From assembly GCA_964582765.1 (NCBI GenBank), contig CAZOSW010000005.1:1-47210 (forward strand): a stretch of DNA of 47,210 nt, written 5' to 3'. Position 1 is the stretch's first letter; every line of letters starts with the position of its first letter. The notes below the pieces were generated by a model. That model did not search any database. It saw nothing but the letters and a program-made list of their open reading frames with translations, and was not told the origin of the DNA. Origin of the DNA: an uncultured Planctomycetales bacterium (GTDB lineage Bacteria; Omnitrophota; Gorgyraeia; Gygaellales; Profunditerraquicolaceae). Positions 38,384 to 47,210 of this stretch are shown here, piece after piece. A program made the translations under genes and the position numbers.

Positions 38384-39591
38384 TATTTTTTTACTCCTCG
38401 AATAAAGTATTCCATAAGCTCGAAACCGTTTTGGAAATACAAATCAGATTTTTGTGCTTCCCTTTCGCTGTAGTTAAGAAAATTCTTTCTAGGTATATCC
38501 TTACCGTAAAGAGCAAAAGGGATTTCGTCCGAAGTATGAGTTTTTAGAGAAATCGGGGTGGCATGATCCGGTAAAACCATAATACGAAAATCGTCCCTGT
38601 TTTTACAGTATTCCAGAATAGTGCCAACTATCAATTGATCAAATCTTTCTATTGCCGTGAGTTTTTCGCGCAGGTCGCCGTTATGCCCGGCTTCATCAGG
38701 CGCCTCTACGTGCACAAAAACAAAATCCTTCTTATTCAGGGATTTAACAGCTGCTTGGGCCTTAGCAAGATAGTCAGTATCGTAATAACCGGTTGCTCCT
38801 GGGACGTTAATTACTTGGAGGCCCAAGATACGACCCAGACCTTTGATTAAATCCACCGCTGAGATTACGCTTCCTGTTAAAGCAAATTTATCAATGAATT
38901 TAGGCATATCCGGTTTCTTACCCTGCCCCCATAACCAAATCATATTTGCCGGATTTTCCTTTAAATCCAGACGCACATGGTTAATTTCATGACAATCAAG
39001 AATCTCCCGGGAATCCTGCATAAGCTTAATAATCAAATCCGCATTATCTCCCTTAGGTAAATTTGTACTGATACTTTGGCCTGAAATATCATGCGGAGGC
39101 AGGCATTTTAAATTTTGCAGCTTTAATTCAGAGCCGCGTTTTACTAAAAGTAGATGCCGGTAACTTATTCCCGGAAAAAAACGTATTTTATTAGTACCTA
39201 ATTTTTGATCAAGAAACTTGATTAATTTTTCAGCTTCTGTTGACTTAATATGTCCTGCGCTGTAATCAAGAAGGGTATCGCCGGAAACAGTAATTAAATT
39301 ACATCGGAAAGCGACATCATCATCTTCCAAGTCAATACCTAAATTTGCCGCCTCCAAAGGCCCTCTTCCCGAATAATACCTTTTCGGATCATAACCGAGT
39401 ATAGAAAGATTGGCTACGTCAGAAGCAGGAGTCATTTTAGCAGGAATAGTTCTCGCCAAACCAAGAGAACCATTTTTAGCGATAAAATCCATATTAGGAG
39501 TGCGCGCCGCCTCTAAAGGCGTACGCATACCCAATTCCTCAATCGGATAATCCGCCATCCCATCTCCAACAAGAACGATATACTTTGTCAT
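38383..39591 (-). CDS. apgM: Cofactor-independent phosphoglycerate mutase (ApgM family; possible homoserine kinase role)
   Basis: GDGMAD, ASDVANL, GRGPLEAA, HVEAPDEAGH and PDHATP. Confidence 0.9.
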   Translation of the reverse strand: MTKYIVLVGDGMADYPIEELGMRTPLEAARTPNMDFIAKNGSLGLARTIPAKMTPASDVANLSILGYDPKRYYSGRGPLEAANLGIDLEDDDVAFRCNLITVSGDTLLDYSAGHIKSTEAEKLIKFLDQKLGTNKIRFFPGISYRHLLLVKRGSELKLQNLKCLPPHDISGQSISTNLPKGDNADLIIKLMQDSREILDCHEINHVRLDLKENPANMIWLWGQGKKPDMPKFIDKFALTGSVISAVDLIKGLGRILGLQVINVPGATGYYDTDYLAKAQAAVKSLNKKDFVFVHVEAPDEAGHNGDLREKLTAIERFDQLIVGTILEYCKNRDDFRIMVLPDHATPISLKTHTSDEIPFALYGKDIPRKNFLNYSEREAQKSDLYFQNGFELMEYFIRGVKK

Positions 39592-40226
39592 GTTATTTTA
39601 TTCCTCATTAATTTAACTAAGCCGCTTGCCATTTTTACTTTCGAAAAGAATGGCCCGTGATGGATAGTATTCTCCAATATATATGCACAATAATTTCCTT
39701 CTCTATTTGAATTGGCAACTACTAAATCTAAATCAGTACGTTTAAGCAGTGCCTTACCCTCATTTATCAGCTTATTATTATTTCCATCCGGTTCAAATTT
39801 AAAACCAACTTTAAATAAATTATTCCTGTAAACCCCTAAACTATTTATCAGTTTTTTTGTCGGGATTAAATTAATTCTCCAGCTGATGCGATCTGAATCA
39901 ACTTTGCTTTTTATTATTTTATTAGGTTTATAATCAGACACTGCCGCGGCATGAATAACGGCGCTATATATTTTTTTCTTTAATTCCTTTTTTAAAAGGG
40001 TTTCGAGCTGCGAAAAGTATTTAAAACGAATTATTTTTATCCCTTCTATGCTGCCTAAAAAATAACCCGGACCAAGTAACAACGTAACATCTATTCCTAA
40101 ACTTTTAAATTTATCTGCTAGAATAAAACCCGTTTTTCCGGAAGCAATATTACTGATTACCCTTGCTTTATCTATGGCAACCCATGTAGGCCCAGCGGTA
40201 ATCAAAACTTTCTTTTTAGTAATCAA
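39588..40226 (-). CDS. coaB: Stand-alone phosphopantothenate--cysteine ligase (CoaB domain)
   Basis: [32 protein letters not shown] and VVAN. No CoaC flavoprotein domain. Confidence 0.85.
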   Translation of the reverse strand: MITKKKVLITAGPTWVAIDKARVISNIASGKTGFILADKFKSLGIDVTLLLGPGYFLGSIEGIKIIRFKYFSQLETLLKKELKKKIYSAVIHAAAVSDYKPNKIIKSKVDSDRISWRINLIPTKKLINSLGVYRNNLFKVGFKFEPDGNNNKLINEGKALLKRTDLDLVVANSNREGNYCAYILENTIHHGPFFSKVKMASGLVKLMRNKIT

Positions 40227-41313
40227 TTTCTTTAATTATTGATTTTAAATCCGGCCGTAGCTCCTTAGGCGGTTTGATCGTCTTTATTGCTCGCTCAGGG
40301 TCTTTTAGCCCATGGCCGGTCAGTATGCACACTATTCTAAACTTGGTCGATGGGCTATGGCTGATTGCCGATAAAAATTTCTTAAAATAACCCTTTTTAA
40401 TCAATTTTAATAAGCCGGCAATGGAGGCCGCTGAGGCAGGCTCAGCAAATAGGCCTTCTTTTTCGGCAAGTAATCTATACGCAGAGATAATTTCTTTATC
40501 TGAGACAAGATCAATTAACCCGCCGGATTCATCACGAGCCAAAACTGCACTCTTCCAACTGGCAGGATTTCCGATACGAATGGCTGTGGCCAAAGTTTGC
40601 GGTTCTTTAATTGGTTTATTCCTTACGATTGGCGCAGCTCCTTCTGCCTGAAAACCTAACATCACAGGAAGTTTTTTACTTAATCCCTCCTTTTTATATT
40701 CTTTGTAACCTTTCCAATAAGCAGTAATATTACCAGCATTTCCTACCGGCATAATTTGAAAATCTGGAGCATCACCAAGATAGTCGCAAATTTCAAAACT
40801 TGCGGTTTTCTGTCCTTCAATACGGTATGGATTCAGTGAATTTACCAATACAATAGGATATTTGTTTGTAATTTCTTTTACAAGGTCTAATGCAACATCA
40901 AAATTCCCTTTGATTGCTAAAACCTTAGCACCGTGGATTAAGGCTTGACTAAGCTTACCTAGGGCAATTGCTCCGCTGGGAATAAGTACAATACATTTTA
41001 TCCCGGCTTTCGCTGCATAAGCAGCAGCAGAAGCAGATGTATTTCCTGTGGAAGCGCACATAACTGCAGTTGCATTTTTCTGGCAAGCTTTAGATATAGC
41101 CATCGTCATTCCCCGGTCTTTAAATGAACCCGTAGGATTAAGCCCTTCATATTTTAAATAGACCTCTATGCTATCCCCGGCCAGCTTACTTAAGAATCCT
41201 GCGTAAATTAAAGGAGTATCTCCCTCATTCAGAGTAATTATCGGCGTTTTATCGCTTACCGGTAGGAATTTTTTATACCTTTGGATTATTCCTCTATTGA
41301 TTTTCTGAATCAC
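40216..41313 (-). CDS. thrC: Threonine synthase
   Basis: [33 protein letters not shown] and LTGHGLKDP. Confidence 0.97.
   Translation of the reverse strand: MIQKINRGIIQRYKKFLPVSDKTPIITLNEGDTPLIYAGFLSKLAGDSIEVYLKYEGLNPTGSFKDRGMTMAISKACQKNATAVMCASTGNTSASAAAYAAKAGIKCIVLIPSGAIALGKLSQALIHGAKVLAIKGNFDVALDLVKEITNKYPIVLVNSLNPYRIEGQKTASFEICDYLGDAPDFQIMPVGNAGNITAYWKGYKEYKKEGLSKKLPVMLGFQAEGAAPIVRNKPIKEPQTLATAIRIGNPASWKSAVLARDESGGLIDLVSDKEIISAYRLLAEKEGLFAEPASAASIAGLLKLIKKGYFKKFLSAISHSPSTKFRIVCILTGHGLKDPERAIKTIKPPKELRPDLKSIIKEIDY
40343..40381. repeat. Family A half-element inside thrC (in frame)
   Basis: 32/39 identical, ungapped, to 3764-3802. Confidence 0.85.
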
Positions 41314-42608
41314 TATAGACCCTCAATTCTTATGGCAACTGATTTTTCTTTAATATCCGCCAATTTATCAATCATCTTTAAAGCTCCGCGTAGATTTTTT
41401 TCTTTTACCTCATGCGTAACCATAACTACCGGGACTACTTGAGACTTTAATCTCTCTTTTTGCGTCACCGAGGCAATGCTAATGCCGAATTTTGACAGGA
41501 TTCCTGCTATTTTGGCCAAAACACCAGGTTTATCCACAGCCATAATACGAATATAGTATTTATTTTCAAATTCATCGATTTTACGCAGGCCTTTAATCGA
41601 ATTATCTTCAATTGAATTTAAAGTAGGCCTGAATAATCCGGCTTTAATATCCTGAGTAAGGTCAACGATGTCTGAAACTACCGCGCTTGCTGCAGGCAAT
41701 TGCCCTGCCCCGGGGCCATAAAACATGATATCTCCTGCCAAATCGCTTGAAACATAGATTGCATTAAAGACGCCATCCACAGAAGAAAGTAAATGTTCAG
41801 AGGGGAGAAAAGTGGGATGCACGCGCACCTCAAGTTCATCAAGTTCTTTTTTTGCGATAGCCAATAATTTTATCTCATATCCTAATTCTTTGGCATAAGC
41901 AATATCTAAGGCAGAAACTTGTGAAATTCCTTCGATAAAAATATCCTTTATTGCTACAATTTTTCCAAAAGCTAAATAAGTAAGCAATACAAGCTTATGC
42001 GCTGAATCAATACCTTGGATATCCATAGTTGGGTCTTTCTCTGCGAAGCCTTTAGCCTTAGCCGAAGCAATTGCATTCTCGAAAGAACAATTTTCTTTAG
42101 ACATCTGCGTAAGTACATAATTTGAAGTACCGTTTACAATACCAAAAATAGAACTAAATTTATTAGCCACTAGGCCTTCTTTTATTGATTTTATAATAGG
42201 GATGCCCGCACCTACAGAAGCCTCAAAATAAATATTTTTTCCACGCTCAGCTGCTTCACTGAATAGTTCATTGCCACACTTAGCAAGTAATGCTTTATTA
42301 GCGGTAACTACATGCTTGCCTTTCTTTAGGGCACTAAGAATAAATTCTTTTGCCGGACTAAGGCCGCCTATCAACTCGACAACTATATCAATCTGAGGGT
42401 CATTGATAATCTCGTTGGCATCAGTGGTAAGTAAATTTTTATCTATAGAAAGGCCTCTTTTCTTTATGATGTCTTTATCACATATTTTCTTTATTACAAT
42501 TTCAATACCTATTTTTTGAGATAACAGAGATTTTCGAAGCTGGAGAATTTTTATTACCCCGCATCCAATATTACCAAAACCGATTAGGCCAATATTAATT
42601 TTTCTCAA
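41313..42608 (-). CDS. hom: Homoserine dehydrogenase
   Basis: [33 protein letters not shown] and C-terminal ACT domain. Confidence 0.97.
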   Translation of the reverse strand: MRKINIGLIGFGNIGCGVIKILQLRKSLLSQKIGIEIVIKKICDKDIIKKRGLSIDKNLLTTDANEIINDPQIDIVVELIGGLSPAKEFILSALKKGKHVVTANKALLAKCGNELFSEAAERGKNIYFEASVGAGIPIIKSIKEGLVANKFSSIFGIVNGTSNYVLTQMSKENCSFENAIASAKAKGFAEKDPTMDIQGIDSAHKLVLLTYLAFGKIVAIKDIFIEGISQVSALDIAYAKELGYEIKLLAIAKKELDELEVRVHPTFLPSEHLLSSVDGVFNAIYVSSDLAGDIMFYGPGAGQLPAASAVVSDIVDLTQDIKAGLFRPTLNSIEDNSIKGLRKIDEFENKYYIRIMAVDKPGVLAKIAGILSKFGISIASVTQKERLKSQVVPVVMVTHEVKEKNLRGALKMIDKLADIKEKSVAIRIEGL

Positions 42609-42666
42609 AGTTTAATTCCTTTCTTAATTTTAATCCGCGCCTTCTACTAGTGGCAAAACAGTTAAA

Positions 42667-43026
42667 TTACCATTTCTTAAGATAATAATTCACCGTTTCC
42701 TGTATTATTCCGCGGTGTTTTTCATCTATTGCTAAAAAAACAAGCCGTGTATCATAAATTATATTCTTAGTAATTTCCTTTGATTCCAAAACCTTTGCAA
42801 AAATCATGATCGGATTGGGATCAAAGGGCAAGCGAATTTCAAGCGCTAAATTTGTCCCCACTGGAAACTGACAGTTAGTAGTTAACAACATCCCTCCTAA
42901 ACATAAATTTTTACTTTGCGAGATGTCAGAACCGGAGCTACTTGGAATCACCCTATAAGAAACAATGAACCTGCCTTTTGCGCGGGGAAATTTCCTTCTT
43001 TCTTCTCCCTCGTATGCTTTAGTCAT
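42667..43026 (-). CDS. PilZ domain protein
   Basis: ERRKFPR and NLCLGG motifs. AGGAGG RBS. Confidence 0.9.
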   Translation of the reverse strand: MTKAYEGEERRKFPRAKGRFIVSYRVIPSSSGSDISQSKNLCLGGMLLTTNCQFPVGTNLALEIRLPFDPNPIMIFAKVLESKEITKNIIYDTRLVFLAIDEKHRGIIQETVNYYLKKW

Positions 43027-43044
43027 ATAGCCTCCTTTTAACTT

Positions 43045-43383
43045 TTAACCAGTTGGATTGTTTTTAACAAACCAATCGACATAATCGCGAATTATTTTTT
43101 TTTGTTCCTCATTAAGTTCGATAAACCGCAAACGTGTTTTACACTGAAAAGATTCGATTACTTTTCCTTTTGCATTCAACCAGTGCGAAGGATCAAAGGG
43201 TATTTTAAAACGCAATACAAGTACCTGGTCTTTTGTAAAATTCTTATTTGTGCATAACAGAATCCCTTCAGTGCTAATATTTTTAATTGATGTTGAATCC
43301 CAGTGAGTAACTTCTGGCTCATCTTCAGAGTATTGAGCCACTAGGACTTTTTCAATCCGAGAAGCCTTTCGTTTTTCATCCAT
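43045..43383 (-). CDS. PilZ domain protein
   Basis: EKRKASR and NISTEG motifs. Start reassigned to ATG 43383 behind GGGAGG. Confidence 0.88.
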   Translation of the reverse strand: MDEKRKASRIEKVLVAQYSEDEPEVTHWDSTSIKNISTEGILLCTNKNFTKDQVLVLRFKIPFDPSHWLNAKGKVIESFQCKTRLRFIELNEEQKKIIRDYVDWFVKNNPTG

Positions 43384-43435
43384 AGTAATAGTTTCCTCCC
43401 TTAATCCTTGCTCGCGTTGCTGTCGTGGATTAAAT

Positions 43436-43509
43436 TCGGGGCGACAGGACTTGAACCTGTGACCTCTTGAACCCCATTCAAGCGCTCTACCAAGCTGAGC
43501 CACGCCCCG
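43436..43509 (-). tRNA. tRNA-Pro(GGG)
   Basis: CGGGGCG acceptor stem, D arm GCTCAGCTTGGTAGAGC, anticodon arm CTTGA-ATGGGGT-TCAAG and T loop GGTTCAAGTCC. CCA not encoded. Confidence 0.96.
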
Positions 43510-43547
43510 TTTTGCCCTCAATTCTACCAAGTAAAACAATACTAAGC

Positions 43548-44543
43548 TTATTCTTCCTTGCTTTTTCTTGTCATTAAATCCTTTACTGCCTGACGCGGGG
43601 ATTTATTCATATAGAGCAACTGATATACCTCTTTAATTATAGGCATATCTACTTTATATTTTAAGCTTAAAGCATAAGCTGATCTTGCCGTTGGTACTCC
43701 CTCGGCAACCATCTGCATATGCCGGCAAATTTCTTTTAATTTCTTCCCTTTGCCAATCAATTCTCCTACCATACGATTACGGCTTTGTTTACTTATGCAG
43801 GTTGTAACTAAATCCCCCAAGCCGCTTATCCCGCTAAAGGTTTCTAATTTTGCGCCCATAGCCTTACCTAACCTTGAAATTTCTGCAAGCCCCCGAGTAA
43901 GAATTGCCGCCTTTGTATTGGTGCCAAAACCTAAACCATCAGATACGCCGCAGGCAATAGCAATTACATTTTTTAAACTACCGCCTAATTCTACGCCAAC
44001 AACATCGGCATTTGTATAAACGCGAAAGTTTTGCGTACTAAATACTTTTTGAATAACCTTGCGTATTTTTTTATTAGCCGAGGCTACTACAGCAGTAGTC
44101 GGAATCAACCTGGCTACCTCTTGAGCAATAGTTGGTCCGGATAGCACAGCAAATTTAACCGAACCAAGCTCCTTGTGCATTATTTCCGATATCCTGTTAG
44201 AAGATTTAACCTCAATTCCTTTTGTAACACTTAAAAAGATAGTTTTTTTTAAAAAGCAGCCTCTAATTTTTTTTAGTACCGACCTGCTATATTGCGAAGG
44301 AACAGCAAGGACTACGATATCTTTTTCAGCAACTGCGATCTTTATGTCAGTCGTTATTTTAATCTCTTTCGGTATTTTTATGCCCGGTAAAAATTTAGGA
44401 TTAAGGTGTAACCTGCCTATTTCTTTGACGTAGTTATCAAAAGCACCCCAAAGTGTAACCGGATAACCCTTATTAGAGAGTAAAATAGCTAATGTTGTCC
44501 CCCAGCCGCCATCCCCAATCACCGCAATACGCATTTTATCCAT
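43548..44543 (-). CDS. gpsA: NAD(P)H-dependent glycerol-3-phosphate dehydrogenase
   Basis: GDGGWG, TKGIE, LSGP, LKNVIA, GLGDLVTTC..SRN and AEGV. Confidence 0.97.
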   Translation of the reverse strand: MDKMRIAVIGDGGWGTTLAILLSNKGYPVTLWGAFDNYVKEIGRLHLNPKFLPGIKIPKEIKITTDIKIAVAEKDIVVLAVPSQYSRSVLKKIRGCFLKKTIFLSVTKGIEVKSSNRISEIMHKELGSVKFAVLSGPTIAQEVARLIPTTAVVASANKKIRKVIQKVFSTQNFRVYTNADVVGVELGGSLKNVIAIACGVSDGLGFGTNTKAAILTRGLAEISRLGKAMGAKLETFSGISGLGDLVTTCISKQSRNRMVGELIGKGKKLKEICRHMQMVAEGVPTARSAYALSLKYKVDMPIIKEVYQLLYMNKSPRQAVKDLMTRKSKEE

Positions 44544-44545
44544 GA

Positions 44546-45295
44546 CTAAAGCTTAAAATCCCTCTTTTTATTTGTTCTTAACATTGCCAGGTCCCAGGCA
44601 TAATCATAAAGATGAAGGCCTTTACTTACAGCGATAATTTCGCCATCTTCGACACCTATCTCCTGGGCAATATATTGTTTTACCAATTGTAATCCACCGA
44701 GATTTGACGGAAAACCTCCCCAAAGATCCCAGGAACGAAAATAAAGTATAAAATGCAGCTTACCGTAACGTATACGCGTATCGATCAGCCTTAAACAAGG
44801 AGGGTCAATTAATTTTATATCCGAAGGCATTCCAATTTCCATAACAGCCTGATTTGTCCCCGCCCCCTTCTCTTTATAGATTTTTATTACTTCTTCAATC
44901 TGATTGACGTTTAAGGGCATTTCGCTGATTAACTCTTTTCCGTTTAGACTCTGTTTAATCCTTACCTTGGGATCAACTAATCTTTCGCCATAAGTATAAT
45001 CTTCGGTTTCAGTTTTTGCTCCGGTGAGCAAATAACTTAAATACCCCTGAATATAATCCATATCTGTTGGCGCAGGTATGCTCATCCCCTCAGGAATTAT
45101 TGGGATAATCTGATGTGCCGGTTTACGTACCCTTATGCTAACAAAATCAAATTCCAGCCTCTTCTGCCCTTCATAGCTGCCGCGTGTAATTGTATAAACA
45201 TGGCCTTTATCTAATATCGTTGATAAGCACTGAAACCAGGCGTCATCCAAGTCAAAAGCATCTATGAAAACTGGTTTTAAAAATTCTTCAGTCAT
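44546..45295 (-). CDS. Thymidylate synthase-like protein (archaeal-type ThyA family)
   Basis: YTYGER, catalytic PPC, FRSWD...PSN and LHLY. Confidence 0.85.
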   Translation of the reverse strand: MTEEFLKPVFIDAFDLDDAWFQCLSTILDKGHVYTITRGSYEGQKRLEFDFVSIRVRKPAHQIIPIIPEGMSIPAPTDMDYIQGYLSYLLTGAKTETEDYTYGERLVDPKVRIKQSLNGKELISEMPLNVNQIEEVIKIYKEKGAGTNQAVMEIGMPSDIKLIDPPCLRLIDTRIRYGKLHFILYFRSWDLWGGFPSNLGGLQLVKQYIAQEIGVEDGEIIAVSKGLHLYDYAWDLAMLRTNKKRDFKL

Positions 45296-45682
45296 TTATA
45301 GGGGGCCTTTTTCTTTCGCATTTTTTACAAACTGTTTGAAAGTGGCTATAATTTGAGCAACGGGCATATTTTTACCGATATAACCGGAGCAGCCAAACTG
45401 TTTGCTTTTAGCAATTAAATCCTCGTCGAACCCAAAACCGGTAATCATAATAACAGGAAGATTTTTATGTGTATCCCTTATATTCTTAAGTACCTCTAAG
45501 CCGCTCATTCCTGGAAGCTTAATATCCAATAAGACGACATCAAAAACATCATTCTTGAGGTACTCCAATGCTTCTTCTCCGGATGCGCAAGCAACCGAAT
45601 GGCAATCTTCCCTTTTAAACAAATCCCCAAACAAATCCCTTACTGGAGGCTCATCGTCAACAATCAGAATTTTATAGAGCAT
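45296..45682 (-). CDS. Single-domain response regulator
   Basis: ILIVDD, LLDIKLPGMSG, MITG and YIGK. Confidence 0.95.
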   Translation of the reverse strand: MLYKILIVDDEPPVRDLFGDLFKREDCHSVACASGEEALEYLKNDVFDVVLLDIKLPGMSGLEVLKNIRDTHKNLPVIMITGFGFDEDLIAKSKQFGCSGYIGKNMPVAQIIATFKQFVKNAKEKGPL

Positions 45683-45695
45683 GGTTATCTCCTTC

Positions 45696-47147
45696 CTAAA
45701 TAAAAGGTAACTTAATAGTAAAGGTTGAACCCTTGTTAACCTGACTCTCTAACTCAATTGACCCATTATGGTTCTCAATAATATTATGACAAATTGATAA
45801 TCCTAATCCCGTGCCGTCGCTTTTTGTTGAGAAAAAAGGCATAAAAATATCTTTGAGATTATGAGCAGGAATACCCTTGCCTGTATCAATAATTTGAATT
45901 TGCGCGTAAAGATTTTTAAAATTACTCGTAATAATTTTGATTAATCCTCCGCTAGGCATAGATTGATAGGCGTTAATAAGAATATTTAAAAATACCTCTT
46001 GCAATTGATGTAAATCGCCTTTTATCAGAGGCATATTTTTTTCGAAAGTTTTCTCTATTTCAATCTTAGAAGCGGGTAATTTGTTGTAATGGATCAACGG
46101 TAAAACTAGCTCGATTACATCGTTTACGTCAATTGCCTCCAGAACAGGAGTTGATTTGCGAGAAAATTTTAGAATCCTGTCAACAAGTTTGCGAATGCGG
46201 TCAGTCTGTGAATTAATTAATGCAAGATTATCCTTAACCTTTTGGCTAAGTTTCTCTGCTTTAAGCATCTCTATTCTTCCGGAAATAACAAAAAGCGGAT
46301 TATTGATTTCATGCGCCATACCCGCGGAAAGCTGGCCAAGAGCTGCTAACTTTTCAGCCTGAAAAATCTGGTATTCTAATTTTTTTCTCTCAGTCATATC
46401 CTTGGCGATAAATATGTAGCCTATAAGCTTTCCTGTTGAATCCAAAAACTGATTAACCGTTAACATAACCGGGATGACTTCTTTATTTTTATTGATAATC
46501 TCTGTTTCTGTTTCATATTTACCGAATAAGCGGACTTGCTCCAGAATAAAGGATAAATTAAAAACGTTACCATCAATATTATGTATGGTGCTGATATGTT
46601 TAAAGATGATATCACGCTTACTCCAGCCAAGCATTGTTTCGCTACCCATACCAAAATACGTGATGTTACCATCCAGGTTAATTACATATAAAGCATATTC
46701 TTTAATACTAGAGAAAATATTCTTTAAGGAGTCATCAATATTTTTTACTGAAGTTTCCCTTTCTTCAATTTCAGTAATATCATGGCCGAAAAGCGCGCTT
46801 TCTTCGGTTGTTTGATTATTTTTGTTAAAGATAGGAGTGATACTCCAAGAAATAAGCCTTTCAAGGCCATTTGTACTTAAAATATGACATTGAAAATCTT
46901 TGGCTCTTTTATAATTCTTAGAGTCTTCCATTACCGCCTTAAACATCTCTTTTGTCATTATATTGCTTGTACCTTTAAACAAAACTTCAAGCCAATTTTT
47001 ACTTATGATATCAATGCGATTAAGCCCAACCAACGCCTCAGTTTTCTTATTACAAAATAGAATATTTCCATTACAATCTAAGTAAAGCACCGCTACCGCA
47101 GTATTCTCAATTAAATTAGAGAGTTTCTCTTTTATATCTATACCCAT
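45696..47147 (-). CDS. Cytoplasmic PAS-PAS sensor histidine kinase
   Basis: Two PAS/PAC repeats, H box AHEINNP, N box NILINA and G boxes DTGKG, FFSTK, GTGLGL. Confidence 0.95.
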   Translation of the reverse strand: MGIDIKEKLSNLIENTAVAVLYLDCNGNILFCNKKTEALVGLNRIDIISKNWLEVLFKGTSNIMTKEMFKAVMEDSKNYKRAKDFQCHILSTNGLERLISWSITPIFNKNNQTTEESALFGHDITEIEERETSVKNIDDSLKNIFSSIKEYALYVINLDGNITYFGMGSETMLGWSKRDIIFKHISTIHNIDGNVFNLSFILEQVRLFGKYETETEIINKNKEVIPVMLTVNQFLDSTGKLIGYIFIAKDMTERKKLEYQIFQAEKLAALGQLSAGMAHEINNPLFVISGRIEMLKAEKLSQKVKDNLALINSQTDRIRKLVDRILKFSRKSTPVLEAIDVNDVIELVLPLIHYNKLPASKIEIEKTFEKNMPLIKGDLHQLQEVFLNILINAYQSMPSGGLIKIITSNFKNLYAQIQIIDTGKGIPAHNLKDIFMPFFSTKSDGTGLGLSICHNIIENHNGSIELESQVNKGSTFTIKLPFI

Positions 47148-47157
47148 TTTTTATCTA

Positions 47158-47210
47158 AGCGGGAGAGGGGAATCGAACCCCCATTCATAGCTTGGAAGGC
47201 TATTGTTCTA
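47158..47210 (-). tRNA. tRNA-Gly(TCC), 5' part outside the window
   Basis: Anticodon arm ATAGC-CTTCCAA-GCTAT, T arm GGGGG-TTCGATT-CCCCT and 3' end CTCCCGCT. Confidence 0.92.

Noticed and set aside
43384-43539. 51-aa N-terminal extension of the PilZ ORF
   Set aside because: It runs through tRNA-Pro, so it is an ORF-calling artefact.
43436-47210. Genomic island between tRNA-Gly and tRNA-Pro
   Set aside because: There is no integrase or duplicated tRNA 3' end, and the block contains the core gene gpsA.

Overview
A low-GC bacterial core-genome window with 40 protein-coding genes and two tRNA genes, all on the minus strand. The gene set and the PilZ-rich content suggest Candidatus Omnitrophota (inference, not verified). 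Content: a sigma-70 paralogue, ppdK, glyQS, a PilZ-PilT fusion, panB/panE/coaX/stand-alone coaB, an NRAMP-type transporter with a soluble MgtE/CBS partner, apbE, the phoH-HD-ybeY-recO cluster, hisS-aspS, HU/IHF, dnaE, guaB3-guaA, groES-groEL with a perfect CIRCE, uvrB, nadC, valS, cimA, hom-thrC-coaB-apgM-lysC, two PilZ genes, tRNA-Pro(GGG), gpsA, a ThyA-like gene, a PAS kinase/receiver pair and a partial tRNA-Gly(TCC). No transposase, recombinase, prophage or CRISPR array was seen. The unexplained signal is several families of short palindromic dispersed elements, two of them built from 7-bp tandem units, that hug or supply stop codons. One family forms a perfect 64-bp inverted repeat around the sigma factor gene. 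Related elements have apparently entered thrC and ppdK in frame.
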